Source of the DNA: Pristiophorus japonicus
Lineage: Eukaryota
Assembly (NCBI RefSeq): GCF_044704955.1
Contig: NC_091981.1
Span: forward strand, 186,001-250,000
Direction of reading: 5' to 3'
Length of the DNA: 64,000 bases
Part shown: piece after piece, positions 1-13,745 of the stretch
Layout: the number at the start of each line of letters is the position of its first letter
How positions within the stretch are numbered: position 1 is the first letter of the stretch
Position numbers and translations under genes: made by a program
The notes under the pieces: model-generated
Databases searched by the model: none
What the model saw: the letters and a program-made list of their open reading frames with translations, nothing else
Told to the model about the DNA's origin: nothing

Positions 1-3000
1 AGTGTGGTACTGGGCCCCCAGGGACTGGGCCCAAGGAGCAGTGTGGGACTGGGCCCCCGGGGCAGTGTGGGACAGGGCCCCTGGGGCATTGTGGGACTGG
101 GCCCCTGGGGCAATGTGGGACTGGGCCCCCCGGGACAGTGTGGGACTGGGCCCCCGGGGCAGTGTGGGAGTGAGCCCCCCGGAGCAGTGTGGGACTGGGC
201 CCCATTGGAGTGTGGGACTTGGTGATGGGGCCATTGTGGGTCTGGACCCCTGGGAACTGGGCCCCTGGGGCATTTTGGGACTGGGCCCCCCAGGGCAGTG
301 TGGGATTGGGCCCCCAGGGCTTTGTGGGACTGGGCCCCCGGGGCAATGTGGGACTAGGCCCCCTGGGACTTGGCCCCTGGGGCAGTGTGGGATTGGGTCC
401 CCGTGGCATTGTGGGACTGGGCCCCATTGGAGTGAGGGACTTGGCGCGCGGGCCATTGTGGGACTGGACCCCTGGGGACTGGGCCCCTGGGGCATTTTGG
501 GACTGGGCCCCCAAGGGCAGTGTGGGATTGGGCCCCAAGGGCATTGTGGGACTGGGCTCCCGGGGCAGTGTGGGACTGGGACCCGGGGCAGTGTAGGACT
601 GGGCCCCGTTGGAGTGTGTAACTGGGCCCCCGGGACATTGTGGGACTGGGCCCCTGGGGCATTGTGGGACTGGGCCCCGGGACAGTGTGGGACTGGGCCC
701 CGGGGCAGTGTGGGACTGGGCCCCCAGGGCATTGTGGGACTGGGCCCCCGGGGCATTGTGGGACTGCGCCTCCCCCAGGGTAGTGTGGGACTGGGCCCCC
801 GGGGCAGTGTGGGACTGGGCTCCGGGGCAGTGTGGGATTGGGCCCCCCGAGGCATTGTGGGACTGGGCCCCGTTGGAGTTTGGGCGCCAGGGGCATTGTG
901 GGACTTGACCCCTGAGGACTGGGCCCCTGGAGCATTTTGGGACTGGGCCCCCCAGGACAGTGTGGGATTGGGCCCCCAGGGCATTGTGGGACTGGGCCCC
1001 CGGGGTAGTGTGGGATTGGGCCCCGTTGGAGTGTGAAACTGGGCCCCCGGGACATTGTGGCACTGGGCCCCCGGGGCAGTATGGAATTGGGCCCCCGGGG
1101 CAGTGTGGGACTGGGCCCCCGGGGCATTGTGGGACTGGGCCCCCGGGGCAGTGTGGGACTGGGCCCCCAGGGCATTGTGGGACTGGGCCCCCGGTGCATT
1201 GCGGGACTGGGCCCCCGGGGCATAGTGGGACTGGGCCCCCGGAGCATTGTGGGACTGGGCCCCCGGGGCAGTGTGGGACTGGGCCCCCAGGGACTGGGCC
1301 CACAGGGCAGTGTGGGACTGGGCCCTCGGGGCAGTGTGGGAGTGTGCCCCCCGGGGCATTGTGGGACTGGGCCCCCAGAGCAGTATGGTACTGGGCCCCC
1401 GGGGCATTGTGGGACAGGGCCCCGGGTCAGTGTGGGAGTGAGCCCCCGGGACATTGTGGGACTGGGCCCCCGGGGCATAGTGGGACAGGGCCCCCGGGGC
1501 AGTGTGGGACTGGGCCCCTGGGGCATTGTGGGACAGAGCCCCCGGGGCAATGTGGGAGTGAGCCCCCCAGAGCATTGTGGAAGTGGGCCCCCGGGGCAGT
1601 GTGGGAGTGAGCCCCCCGGGGCATTGTGGGACTGGGCCCCAGGAGCATTGTGGGACTGGGCCCCCGGGGCAGTGTGGGAATGGACCCAGGGACTGGGCCC
1701 AAAGGGCAGTGTGGGTCTGGGCCCTCGGGGCAGTGTGGGAGTGAGCCACACGGGGCATTGTGGGGCTGGGCCCCCGGGGCATTGTGGGACTGGGCCCCCG
1801 GGGCAGTGTGGGAATGGGCACCCGGGGCAGTGTGGAACAGGGCTCCTGGGGCATTGTGGGACTGGGCCCCCGGGGCAGTGTGAGAGTGAGCTCCCAGGGG
1901 CATTGTGGGAATGGGCCCCCGGAGCAGTGTGGGGCTGGGCCCCCAGGGCATTGTGGGACTGGGCCCCCCGTTGCAGTGTGGGACTGGGCCCCCGGGGCAT
2001 TGTGGGACTGGGCCCCCCGGGGCAGTGTGGGATTGGGCTCCCCGAGGCATTGTGGGACTGGGCCCCATTGGAGTGTGGGACCTGGCCCCCGGGGCATTTT
2101 GGGACTTGGCCTCCGGGGCATTGTGGGACTGGGCCCCCGGGGCATTGTGGGACTGGGCCCCCCGGGGCAGTGTGGGACTGGGCCCGCCGGAGCAGCGTGG
2201 GACTGGGCCCCCGGGGCATTGTGGGACTGGGCCCCCAGGGCATTGTGGGACTGGGCCCCGTTGGTGTGTAACTGGGCCCCCGGGGCAGTGTGGGACTGGA
2301 CCGCCGGGGCATTGCGGGACTGGGCCCTCAGGGACTGGGCCCAAGGAGTAGTGTGGGACTGGGCCCCCGGGGCAGTGTGGGACTGGGCTCCGGGGCAGTG
2401 TGGGATTGGGCCCCACGAGGCATTGTGGGACTGGGCCCCGTTGGAGTGTGGGCGCCAGGGGCATTGTGGGACTTGACCCCTGAGGACTGGGCCCCCAGGG
2501 CATTGTGGGACTGGGCCCCCCGTTGCAGTGTGGGACTGGGCCCCCGGGGCATTGTGGGACTGGGCCCCCCGGGGCAGTGTGGGATTGGGCTCCCCGAGGC
2601 ATTGTGGGACTGGGCCCCATTGGAGTGTGGGACCTGGCCCCCGGGGCATTTTGGGACTTGGCCTCCGGGGCATTGTGGGACTGGGCCCCCGGGGCATTGT
2701 GGGACTGGGCCCCCCGGGGCAGTGTGGGACTGGGCCCGCCGGAGCAGCGTGGGACTGGGCCCCCGGGGCATTGTGGGACTGGGCCCCCAGGGCATTGTGG
2801 GACTGGGCCCCGTTGGTGTGTAACTGGGCCCCCGGGGCAGTGTGGGACTGGACCGCCGGGGCATTGCGGGACTGGGCCCTCAGGGACTGGGCCCAAGGAG
2901 TAGTGTGGGACTGGGCCCCCGGGGCAGTGTGGGACTGGGCTCCGGGGCAGTGTAGGATTGGGCCCCCCGAGGCATTGTGGGACTGGGCCCCGTTGGAGTG

Positions 3001-6000
3001 TGGGCGCCAGGGGCATTGTGGGACTTGACCCCTGAGGACTGGGCCCCTGGGGCATTTTGGGACTGGGCCCCCCAGGACAGTGTGGGATTGGGCCCCCAGG
3101 GCATTGTGGGACTGGGCCCCCGGGGTAGTGTGGGATTGGGCCCCGTTGGAGTGTGTAACTGGGCCCCCGGGACATTGTGGCACTGGGCCCCTGGGGCAGT
3201 ATGGAATTGGGCCCGCGGGGCATTGTGGGACTGGGCCCCCGGGGCATTGTGGGACTGGGCCCCCGGGGCAGTGTGGGACTGGGCCCCCAGGGCATTGTGG
3301 GACTGGGCCCCCGGTGCATTGCGGGACTGGGCCCCCGGGGCATAGTGGGACAGGGCCCCCGGGGCAGTGTGGGACTGGGCCCCTGGGGCATTGTGGGACA
3401 GGGCCCCCGGGGCAATGTGGGAGTGAGCCCCCCAGAGCATTGTGGAACTGGGCCCCCGGGGCAGTGTGGGAGTGAGCCCCCCGGGGAATTGTGGGACTGG
3501 GCCCCCGGAGCATTGTGGGACTGGGCCCCCGGGGCAGTGTGGGACTTGGCCCCCAGGGACTGGGCCCACAGGGCAGTGTGGGACTGGGCCCTCGGGGCAG
3601 TGTGGGAGTGAGCCCCCCGGGGCATTATGGGACTGGGCCCCCAGGGCAGTATGATACTGGGCCCCCGGGGCATTGTGGGACAGGGCCCCGGGTCAGTGTG
3701 GGAGTGAGCCCCCGGGACATTGTGGGACTGGGCCCCCGGGGCATAGTGGGACAGGGCCCCCGGGGCAGTGTGGGACTGGGCCCCTGGGGCGTTGTGGGAC
3801 AGAGCCCCCGGGGCAATGTGGGAGTGAGCCTCCCAGAGCATTGTGGAACTGGGCCCCCGGGGCAGTGTGGGAGTGAGCCCCCCGGGGCATTGTGGGCCTG
3901 GGCCCCAGGGGCATTGTGGGACTGGGCCCCCGGGTCAGTGTGGGACTGGACCCAGGGACTGGGCCCACACGGCAGTGTGGGTCTGGGCCCTCGGGGCAGT
4001 GTGGGAGTGAGCCACCCGGGGCAGTGTGGGAGTGAGCCCCCGGGGCATTGTGGGACTGGGCCCCTGGGGCAGTGTGGGACTGGGCCCCCGGGGCATTGTG
4101 GGACAGTGCCCCCGGGGCAGTGTGGGACTGGGCCCCCAGGGCAGTGTGGGACTGGGCCCTCGGGGCAGTGTGGGATTGGGCCCCCCGGGCATTGTGGGAC
4201 AGGGCCCCCGGGGCAGTGTGGGAGTGAGCCCCCGGGGCATTGTGGGACTGGGCCCCCGGGGCAGTGTGGGACTGGGCCCCCGGGGCATTGTGGGACAGGG
4301 CCCCCGGGGCAGTGTGGGACTGGGCCCCCGGGGCAGTGTGCGAGTGAGCCCCCCAGGGCATTGTCTGACTGGGACCCGGGCAGTGTGGGAGTGAGCCCCC
4401 CAGGGCATTGTGGGACTGGGACCCGGGGCAGTGTGGGAGTGAGCCCCCCGGGGCATTGTGGGACTGGGCCCCCGGGGCATTGTGGGACTGGGCCCCCAGG
4501 GACTGGGCCCACAGGGCAGTGTTGGACTGGGCCCTCGGGGCAGTGTGGGAGTGAGCCCTCCGGGGCATTGTGGGACTGGGCCCCGGGGCATTGTGGGACT
4601 GGGCCCCTGGGGTATTGTGGGACTGGGCCCCCGGGGCAGTGTGGGAATGGGCACCCGGGGCAGTGTGGAACAGGGCCCCCGGGGCATTGTGGGACTGGGC
4701 CCCCGGGGCAGTGTGGGACTGGGCCCCCGGGGCAGTGTAGGAGTGAGCCCCCCAGGGCATTGTGGGACTGGGACCCGGGGCAGTGTGGGAGTGAGCCCCC
4801 CGGGGCATTGTGGGATTCGGCCTCCCGAGGCATTGTGGGACAGGGCCCCATTGGAGTGTGGGACTTGGCCCTACGTGGCATTGTGGGACTTGGCCCCCGG
4901 GGCATTGTGGGACTGGGCCCCATTGGAGTGTGGGACTTGGCCCCCGAGGCATTGTGCGACTGGGCCCCCGGGGCATTGTGGGACTGGGCACCCCGGGGCA
5001 TTGTGGGATTGGGCCACGTTGGAGTGTGGGACTGTGCTCCAGGTGCAGCGTGGGACTCCGCAGCCGGAGCATGGTGGGACTGGGCCCCCAGGGCATTGTG
5101 GGACTGGGCCCTGTTGGAGTGTTTAACTGGGCCCCCGAGGCATTGTGGGACTGGGCCCCCGGGGCATTGTGGGACTGGGCCCCCAGGGACTGGGCTCAAG
5201 GACCAGTGTGGGACATGGCCCCCGGGGCATTGTGGGACTGGGCCCCGGGGGCAGTGTGGGACTGGGCCCCCGGGGCAGTGTGGGACTGGGCTCCCGGGGC
5301 ATTGTGGGACTGGGCACCGGGGCAGTGTGGGACTGGGCCCCCGGGGCAGTGTGGGACTGGGCCCCCGGGGCAGTGTGAGACTGGTCCCATCGGGGCATTG
5401 TGGGACTGGGTCCCCGGGGCATTGTGGGACAGGGCCCCCGGGGCAGTGTAGGAGTGAGCCCCCCGGGGCAGTGTGGGAGTGAGCCCCCCAGGGCATTGTG
5501 GGACTAGGTCCCCGGGGCAGTGTGGGAGTGAGCCCGCCGGGGCATTGTGGGACTGGGCCCCCGGGGCAGTGTGGGATATGGCCCCCGGGGCATTGTGGGA
5601 AGTGTGTGAGTGAGCCCCCCGGGGCAGTGTGGGACAGGGCCCCCGGGGCATTGTGGGACTGGGCCCCCGGTGCAGTGTGGGAATGAGCCCCCCGGGGCAT
5701 TGTGGGACTGGGCCCCCGGGGCAGTGTAGGACTGGGCCCCCGGGGACTGGGCCCCTGGGGCAGTGTGGGACTGGGCCCCCGGGGCATTGTGGGACTGGGC
5801 CCTCGGGGACTGGGCCCCTGGGGTAGTGTGGGACTGGGCCCCCGGGGCAGTGTGGGACTGGGCCCCCGGGGCAGTGTGGGACTGGACCCAAGGAGCAGTG
5901 TGGGACTGAGCCCCCGGGACAGTGTGGGACTGGACCCCCAGGGCAGTGTGGGAGTGAGCCCCCCGGAACAGTGTGGGACTGGGCCCCATTGGAGTGTCGG

Positions 6001-9000
6001 ACTTGGCGCCATGGGCATTGTGGGAATGGACCCCTGGGGACTGGGCCCCTGGGGCATTTTGGGACTGGGCCCCCCAGGGCAGTGTGGGATTGGGCCCCCA
6101 GGGCTTTGTGGGACTGGGCCCGCGGGGCAGTGTGGGACTAGGCCCCCTGGGACTGGGCCCCTGGGGCATTGTGGGACTGGGCCCCCCAGGGTAGTGTGGG
6201 ACTCGGCCCCCGGGGCAGTGTGGGACTGGGCCCTGGGGCAGTGTGGAATTGGGCCCCCCGAGACATTGTGGGACTGGGCCCCATTGGAGTGAGGGACTTG
6301 GCGCCCGGGGCATTGTGGGAATGGGCCCCGTTGGAGTGTGTAACTGGGCCCCTGGGACATTGTGGGACTGGGCCCCCGGGGCAGTGTGGGACTGGGCCCA
6401 CAGGGCATTGTGGGACAGGGCCCCCGGGGCAGTGTGGGAGTGAGCACCCGGGGGCATTGTGGGACTGGGCCCCTGGGGCAGTGTGGGACTGGGCCCCCGG
6501 GGCATTGTGGGACAGTGCCCCCGGGGCAGTGTGGGACTGGGCTCCCGGGGCATTGTGGGACTGGGCCCCCGGCGCAGTGTGGGACTGGGCCCACCGGGCA
6601 GTGTGGGACTGGGCCCCCGGGGCAATGTGGGACTGGTCCCCCCAGGGCATTGTGGGACTGGGCCCAAGGAGCAGTGTGGGACTGGTCCCCCCGGGGCGGT
6701 GTGGGACTGGGCCCCCGGGGACTGGGCCCCTGGGGCAGTGTGGGACTGGGCCCCCGGGGCATTGTGGGACTGGGCCCTCGGGGACTGGGCCCCTGGGGTA
6801 GTGTGGGACTGGGCCCCGGGGCAGTGTGGGACTGGGCCCCCGGGGCAGTGTGGGACTGGACCCAAGGAGCAGTGTGGGACTGAGCCCCCGGGACATTGTG
6901 GGACTGGGCCCCCGGGGCAGTGTGGTACTGGGCCCCCAGGGACTGGGCCCAAGGAGCAGTGTGGGACTGGGCCCCCGGGGCAGTGTGGGACTGGGCCCCT
7001 GGGGCATTGTGGGACTGGGCCCCTGGGGCAATGTGGGACTGGGCCCCCCGGGACAGTGTGGGACTGGGCCCCCGGGGCAGTGTGGGAGTGAGCCCCCCGG
7101 AGCAGTGTGGGACTGGGCCCCATTGGAGTGTGGGACTTGGTGCCCGGGCCATTGTGGGACTGGACCCCTGGGAACTGGGCCCCTGGGGCATTTTGGGACT
7201 GGGCCCCCCAGGGCAGTGTGGGATTGGGCCCCCAGGGCTTTGTGGGACTGGGCCCCCGGGGCAATGTGGGACTAGGCCCCCTGGGACTTGGCCCCTGGGG
7301 CAGTGTGGGATTGGGTGCCCGGGGCATTTCAGGACTGGCCCCCCAGGGCATTGTGGGACTGGGCCCCCAGCGCAGTGTGGGATTGGGCCCCCAGGGTCTG
7401 GGCCCCCAGGGCAATGTGGGACTGGGCCCCCAGGGCAGTGTGGGACTGGGCCGCCAGGGCAGTGTAAGACTGGGCCCCCAGGGCAGTGTGGGACTGGGCC
7501 CCTGGGGCAGTGTGGGACTGGGCCCTTGGGGCATTGTGGGACTGGGCCCCGGGGGCAGTGTTGGACTGGGCCCCCAGGGCAGTGTGGGACTGGGCCCCCA
7601 GGGCAGTGTGGGACTGGGCCCTTGGGGCACTGTGGGACTGGGCCCCCGGGGCAGTGTGGGTTTGGGCTCATGGGGCAGTGCGGGACTGGTCCCCAGGACA
7701 GTGTGGAGTGATCCCCCCAGGGCATTGTGGGACTGGGCCCCGGGGCAGTGTGGGACTGGGTCCCCGAGGCATTGTGGGAATGGTCCCCCGGGGCAGTGTG
7801 GAACTGGGCCCCTGGGGCATTGCAGGACTGGGCCACCGGGGCAGTGTGGGACTGGGCCCCCGGAGCAGTGTGGGACTGGGCTCCCGGGGCAGTGTGGGAC
7901 TGGGCCCCGAGGCAGTATGGGACTGGGCCCCCGGGGCTGTGTGGGACTGGGCCCCCAGGGCAGTGTGGGATTGGGCCCCCAGGGCTTTGTGGGACTGGGC
8001 CCCGGGGCAGTGTGGGACTGGGCCCCTGGGCAGTGTGGGACTGGGCCCCGTTGGAGTGTGTAACTGGACCGCCGGGACATTGTGGGACTGGGCCCCCGGG
8101 GCAGTATGAGATTGGGCCCCCGGGGCAGTGCGGTACTGGGCCCCCGGGGCAGTGTGGGACTGGGCGCCCGGGACATTGTGGGACTGGGCCCCCGGGGCAT
8201 TGTGGGACTGGGCCCCCGGAGCATTGTGGGACTGGGCCCCCGGGGTCTGGGCCTCCAGGGCAATGTGGGACTGGGCCCCCGGTGCAGTGTGGGACTGGGC
8301 ACCGGGGCAGTGTGGGACTGGTCCCCTGGGGCATTTTGGGACTGGGCCCCCCAGGGCAGTGTGGTATTGGGCCCCCCCAGGGCAGTGTGGGACTGGGCCC
8401 CGGGGCAGTGTGGGACTGGGCCCCGGGGCAGTGTGGGACTGGGCCCCCCAGGGCAGTGTGGGACTGGGCCCCCGGGGCAGTGTGGGATTGGTCCCCCAGG
8501 GACTGGGTCCCCGGGGCAGTGTGGGATTGGGCCCCCAGGGCATTGCAGGACTGGCCCCCCAGGGCATTGTGGGACTGGGCCCCAGGGACTGGGCCACCAG
8601 GGCAGTGTGGGACCGGGCCCCTGGGGCAGTGTGGGACTGGGCCCCCGGGGCAGTGTGAGTTTGGGCTCATGGGGCAGTGCGGGACTGGTCCCCAGGACAG
8701 TGTGGGAGTGAGCCCCCCAGGGCATTGTGGGACTGGATCCCCTGGGGCAGTGTAGGACTGGGCCTCCGAGACATTGTGGGACTGGGCCCCTGTTGGAGTG
8801 TGGGACTGGGCCCCTGGGGCATTGTGGGACTGGGCCCCGGGGCAGTGTGCGACTGGGTCCCCGAGACATTGTGGGACTGGGCCCCTGTTGGAGTGTGGGA
8901 CTGGGCCCCCGGGGCATTGTGGGACTGGGCCCCAGGGCAGTGTGGGTGTGAGCCCCCCAGGGCATTGTTGGACTGGGCCCCTTGGGGCAGTGTAGGACTG

Positions 9001-9710
9001 GGCCCCCGAGACATTGTGGGACTGGGCCCCTGTTGGAGTGTGGGACTGGGCCCTTGGGGCATTGTGGGACTGGGCCCCCGGGGCAGTGTGGGTTTGGGCT
9101 CATGGGGCAGTGTGGGACTGGTCCCCTGGGGCAGTGTAGGACTGGGCCCCCGAGACATTGTGGGACTGGGCCCCTGTTGGAATGTGGGACTGGGCCCCCG
9201 GGGCATTGTAGGATTGGGCCCCGGGGCAGTGTGGGACTGGGTCCCCGAGGCATTGTGGGACTGGGCCCCCGGGGCAGTGTGGGACTGGGCCCCCGGAGCA
9301 GTGTGGGACTGGGCTCCCGGGGCAGTGTGAGACTGGGCCCCCAGGGACTGGGCCCCGGGGCAGTGTGGGACTGGGCTCCCGGGGCAGTGTGGGACTGGGC
9401 ACCGGGGCAGTATGGGACTGGGCCCCCAGGGCAGTATGGGACTGGGGCCCCGGGGCAGTGTGGGACTGGGCCCGTAGGGCAGTGTGGGACTGGGCCCCGG
9501 GGCAGTATGGGACTGGGCCCCCAGGGCAGTATGGGACTGGGGCCCCGGGGCAGTGTGGGACTGGGCCCGTAGGGCAGTGTGGGACTGGGCCCCGGGGCAG
9601 TGTGGGACTGGGCCCCCGGGGCAGTGTGGGACTGGGCCCCCGGCGCAATGTGGGACTGGGGCCCCGGGGCAGTGTGTAAGTGAACCCCCAGGGCAGTGTG
9701 GGTCTGGGCC
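1..9710. repeat. GC-rich minisatellite array, 24-bp unit GGGGCA(G/T)TGTGGGACTGGGCCCCC; runs off the window start
   Basis: Unit visible throughout; 8-aa periodicity (GPPGQCGT / GLGPRGSV / WDWAPGAV) in all frames of the ORF track; G-rich on + strand. Confidence 0.98.
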
Positions 9711-9825
9711 AGCAGCCTGGAACCCAGGACGGAGCGCTGCGCTGCACGAGCCAACGCGAGAGTGGCCAACCATAAAAGATGCCGGCCTGAGGCGATGGCG
9801 CCCTCACCTATCGGGAGTGCCCTAA

Positions 9826-10050
9826 GAATTCTCTGGCCCAGACGGCTGTGGATGCTGAGTCGTTGAGTTTATTCAAGGCTGAGATCGATAGATTTTTGGA
9901 CTCTCGGGGAATCGAGGGATTTGGGGATTGGGCCGGAAAGTGGAGTTGAGGTCGAAGATCAGCCGTGATCTGATTGAATGGCAGAGCAGGCTCGAGGGGC
10001 TGAATGGCCGACACCTGCTCCTAATTCTGATGTTCCTGTGTTTTTATGAT
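9826..10050 (+). mobile_element. CR1-clade LINE 3' fragment
   Basis: Nearly identical to 47406-47622; ends with the CR1 terminal stem region (gcaggctcgagggg...atggcc) and a degenerate ttctgatgttcc tail. Confidence 0.85.
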
Positions 10051-10114
10051 ATTAAGAGAGGGCATTATGTTATGAAAAGCAACTGGACCTCGTCAACTTT
10101 GAAAGGAGGCACTG

Positions 10115-11393
10115 AAACAGAGAAACATCGAAACATAGAAAATATGTGCAGGAGTAGGCCATTCGGCCCTTCGAGCCTGCACCGCCATTCAATGAGTTCA
10201 TGGCTGAACATGCAACTTCAGTACTCCATTCCTGCTTTCTCGCCATACCCCTTGATTCCCCTAGTAGTAAGGACTACATCTAACTCCTTTTTGAATATAT
10301 TTATTGAATTGGCCTCAACTACTTTCTGTGGTAGAGAATTCCACAGGTTCACCACTCTCTGGGTGAAGAAGTTTCTCCTCATCTCGGTCCTAAATTATCC
10401 TTAGACTGTGACCCTGGTTCTGGACTTCCCCAACATTGGGAACATTCTTCCTGCATCTAACCTGTCTAAACCCGTCAGAATTTTAAACGTTTCTATGAGA
10501 TCCCCTCTCATTCTTCTGAACTCCAGTGAATACAAGCCCAGTTGATCCAGTCTTTCTTGATAGGTCAGTCCCGCCATCCCGGGAATCAGTCTGGTGAATC
10601 TTCGCTGCACTCCCTCAATAGCAAGAATGTCCTTCCTCAAGTTAGGAGACCAAAACTGTACACAATGCTCCAGGTGTGGCCTCACCAAGGCCCTGTACAA
10701 CTGTAGTAACACCTCCCTGCCCCTGTACTCAAATACCCTCGCTATGAAGACCAACATGCCATTTGCTTTCTTAACCGCCTGCTGTACCTGCATGCCAACC
10801 TCAATGACTGATGTACCATGACACCCAGGTCTCGTTGCACCTCCCCTTTTCCTAATCTGTCACCATTCAGATAATAGCCTGTCTCTCTGTTTTTACCACC
10901 AAAGTGGATAACCTCACATTTATCCACATTATACTTCATCTGCCATGCATTTGCCCACTCACCTAACCTATCCAAGTCACTCTGCAGCCTCACAGCATCC
11001 TCCTCGCAGCTCACACTGCCACCCAACTTAGTGTCATCCGCAAACTTGGAGATATTACATTTAATCCCCTCGTCTAAATCATTAATGTACAATGTAAACA
11101 GCTGGGGCCCCAGCACAGAACCCTGCGGTACCCCACTAGGCACTGCCTGCCATTCTGAAAAGTACCCATTTACTCCTACTCTTTGCTTCCTGTCTGCCAA
11201 CCAGTTCTCAATCCATGTCAGTACACTACCCCCAATCCCATGTGCTTTAACTTTGCACATTAATCTCTTGTGTGGGACCTTGTCGAAAGCCTTCTGAAAG
11301 TCCAAATATACCACATCAACTGGTTCTCCCTCATCCACTCTACTGGAAACATCCTCAAAAAATTCCAGAAGATTTGTCAAGCATGATTTCCCT
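10115..11393 (-). mobile_element. CR1 LINE, 5'-truncated, RT C-terminal half plus 3' UTR (frameshifted)
   Basis: ORFs 10742-11380 (YLDFQKAFDKV, GVPQGSVLGP, KFADDTK) and 10401-10793 (RPHLE, RRMRGDLIE); (TTTCTATG)n-type tail near 10115-10140. Confidence 0.95.
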
Positions 11394-11884
11394 AAGAGGG
11401 GATCTTATAGAAAATCCAATGTAAAATAGTAAATGGAATGGCAAAGTCTACTGCCTTACGGGGCTAATACTTCATTAAGATATTTTGAGCAGTTAATGAG
11501 GCTAGCACACCTTGGTGCACAATCCCACTTCACTCTCCTCCACCGTCAACAATCGGTTGCTCAATGGGCCCACAATCTGGCTCTTCCACGCACACAGCTA
11601 TTTGCAATAATGCCCCTCTTAAGCAAGTATTGGAGAAATCTTCGTCTTGACTGGGAAATTGTGAGGCCACCTGCTCCAGACTCTGACAGGCAGCATTCTG
11701 TAAATGTGTGTGTTTTTCAAAGATTAAATGATGCACAATACAGTGTGAGCACATTTCATGGATAGATTGAGTGGCCATGACTCGGGAGCCAGTATTTAAG
11801 TGCTGAAGGCTCATCCTTCAACATAAACCCCACCTACTGTTAATTAGTGGGATGGAAATTTCGGGCTAAAGAAGCCAAGGAAAA

Positions 11885-12200
11885 CCATGGCCCCTCCCAA
11901 ACCCGCGACCTCTCCCGCCTGGAAGGACAAGGGCAATAGGTGCATGGGAACACCACCATCTCCACGTTCCCCTCCCAGTCACACACTCCATCCCGACTTG
12001 GAAATATATCGGCCGTTCCTTCATCGTCGCTGGGTCACAATCCTGGAACTCCCTCCCTAACAGCACTGTGGGAGCACCTTCACCACACGGACTGCAGCGG
12101 TTCAAGAAGGTGGCTCACCACCACCTTCTCAAGGGGCAATTAGGGATGGGCAATAAATGCCGGCCTTGCCAGCGATGCCCACATCCCCGAACACATTTTT
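11885..12200 (+). mobile_element. 3' end of a CR1/L2-group LINE
   Basis: Encodes WNSLP and FKKVAHHHLLKG, then gggcaataaatgccggccttgccagcgatgcccacatccc, a LINE terminus I recognise from shark genomes. Confidence 0.7.
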
Positions 12201-12599
12201 TAAAGCTGTTGATATTTTTTTTTTGCATTCTCAAAAAAAGGCCTTTACTTTGTGAATTTTTCTCACATAAACCTGCCAATTACAGCAAATACTACAATCA
12301 TAGCATGTCTTTGTAACTGTTGTAATTCACTTGTTACGCATTCCTGGGGACTCTACATATATTGCTCTGTGGGGTTGATTTTCAGAAGATATGTGAGATC
12401 ACTGGCATTAAATAATCTCTTACAATCTCCATATAATGACATTCCAGCTCTATTATCATCAATGAATTCCCTCTCTTCTCTCCTGAAAGACAGCAACTTA
12501 TACTGGGAATATCGTGGGTTGCTGGTGTTCCTTTATCATTGTGCCCAAGGGGTTATTCTACCTCTGTGAACCTCGACATTGTTTATCAGCAGAACATGT

Positions 12600-12783
12600 G
12601 CCTGTGTGCATCATCAGCCAGAGTGGCTCCTCTCTGTTCCCAACAGTCACCAACACACACTGCCCAGCAGAGGTCAGCAGAGGACAGTGAAGAGCAGGAG
12701 CCTTCAGGTACTGACATATTACTGAGGCCTACTCCAATCGAGATCAGCAAAGTCAGCACAGACCAGGGATCAAACCTAGGACC
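12600..12783 (-). mobile_element. Degenerate tRNA-derived SINE fragment
   Basis: B-box-like ggtcctaggtttgatccc on the minus strand, followed by tggtctgtgctgac...gctgatctc. Confidence 0.4.
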
Positions 12784-12794
12784 AAGCGGCAACT

Positions 12795-13090
12795 TGTCTC
12801 ACTTGGTAGCACTCTTGCCTTGGGTTAGAAGGTTGTGGGCCCAAGTCCCATTCCCATGAACTGGCAATGGAGGCTGACACTCCAGTGGTGCATCGTCAGA
12901 AATGCCATCCTTTGAATGAGACATTAGACTGGGTGCAGTCTTCCTGTTTCAATTCACTAGTTGGCCATTAAAGATCTCATGACATGATTTGAAGAACTGC
13001 AAGGGTTTGGTGTCTCGACCTCCCTCAATTACTACCATCAAAACAGATTAACTTGTTGTTCACCTCAGTGTTGCATGTGGAATTTTGCCA
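12795..13090 (+). mobile_element. Old SacSINE1-like (Deu-domain) SINE
   Basis: tRNA-like head ggtagcactcttgcc...agaaggttgtggg..caagtccca, then ggctgacactccagt, atgagacatta, aaagatctcatg and aaaacagatta blocks in the order I recall for SacSINE1. Confidence 0.7.
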
Positions 13091-13500
13091 AAGGCTCATA
13101 CTTAGCGTCAGCAACATTTGAGATATTTTTGAGAAGCAGGTTAAGGCGCTACGCTAATGCGCCCTGTCAATAATCTATAATTCTATATGAGTATTCCTTA
13201 AGTAAATGTGACACAATGTGGGAGCCCTACAGCCCTAACAACTGATTCCAGGAAATCCGTAAACACCGATCCAGATCACTTTCATAAGGAAATTACTGGC
13301 CTGAAGCCTTTTTTTGTATGTAATCAGAAAAAATCTGTCTTTTCATTTAAAGAATTTGTTTTTTATATTCTAATTTTCACCTCGCGGCACTGATACTTTT
13401 GGGAAGTTGTATGGGCGCTGGCCAATCTCTGGCACTTCATGTGTGAGCTTACATAATGAGCGTTGTCTAGCTATTCAGTCACAAGGAGCATCACAGCAAG

Positions 13501-13745
13501 TGATATGTCCTTACTATACAGTATAAATGCACACAAGGCCCATTCTTGATAGAAGGTCACTTTGTGACCAGTTACCTTTATTACCAAAACCTCAAGTGAT
13601 GAAGGTGGGTGGAGCTTCCCCTTTTATACGTGAAAGTCCAGGTTAGGAGTGTCTCCCACAAGTTCACCCCTTGTGGTCAATGTTCTCAAGGTGTACAACT
13701 TAGGTCAGCTTATACATGGTTACAATGATAATTGAATACATGACA
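13501..13745 (-). repeat. 3' LTR of Gypsy element 1
   Basis: 245 bp; differs from 18224-18474 by about 10 substitutions and 3 indels (hand count). Confidence 0.95.

Noticed and set aside
1-9825. Very long ORFs (up to 1681 aa) resembling collagen, mucin or proline-rich proteins
   Set aside because: The unit lacks stop codons in all six frames. The ORFs overlap on both strands and drift between frames with C/G-run indels, so they are repeat artefacts.
9690-9825. Minus-strand MATLALARAAQRSVLGSRLLAQ resembling a mitochondrial presequence, and a donor-like AG|GTGAG near 9804-9810
   Set aside because: The frame starts at TTG and runs straight into the minisatellite. The putative exon would be only ~15 nt before CR1 sequence. 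No further support.
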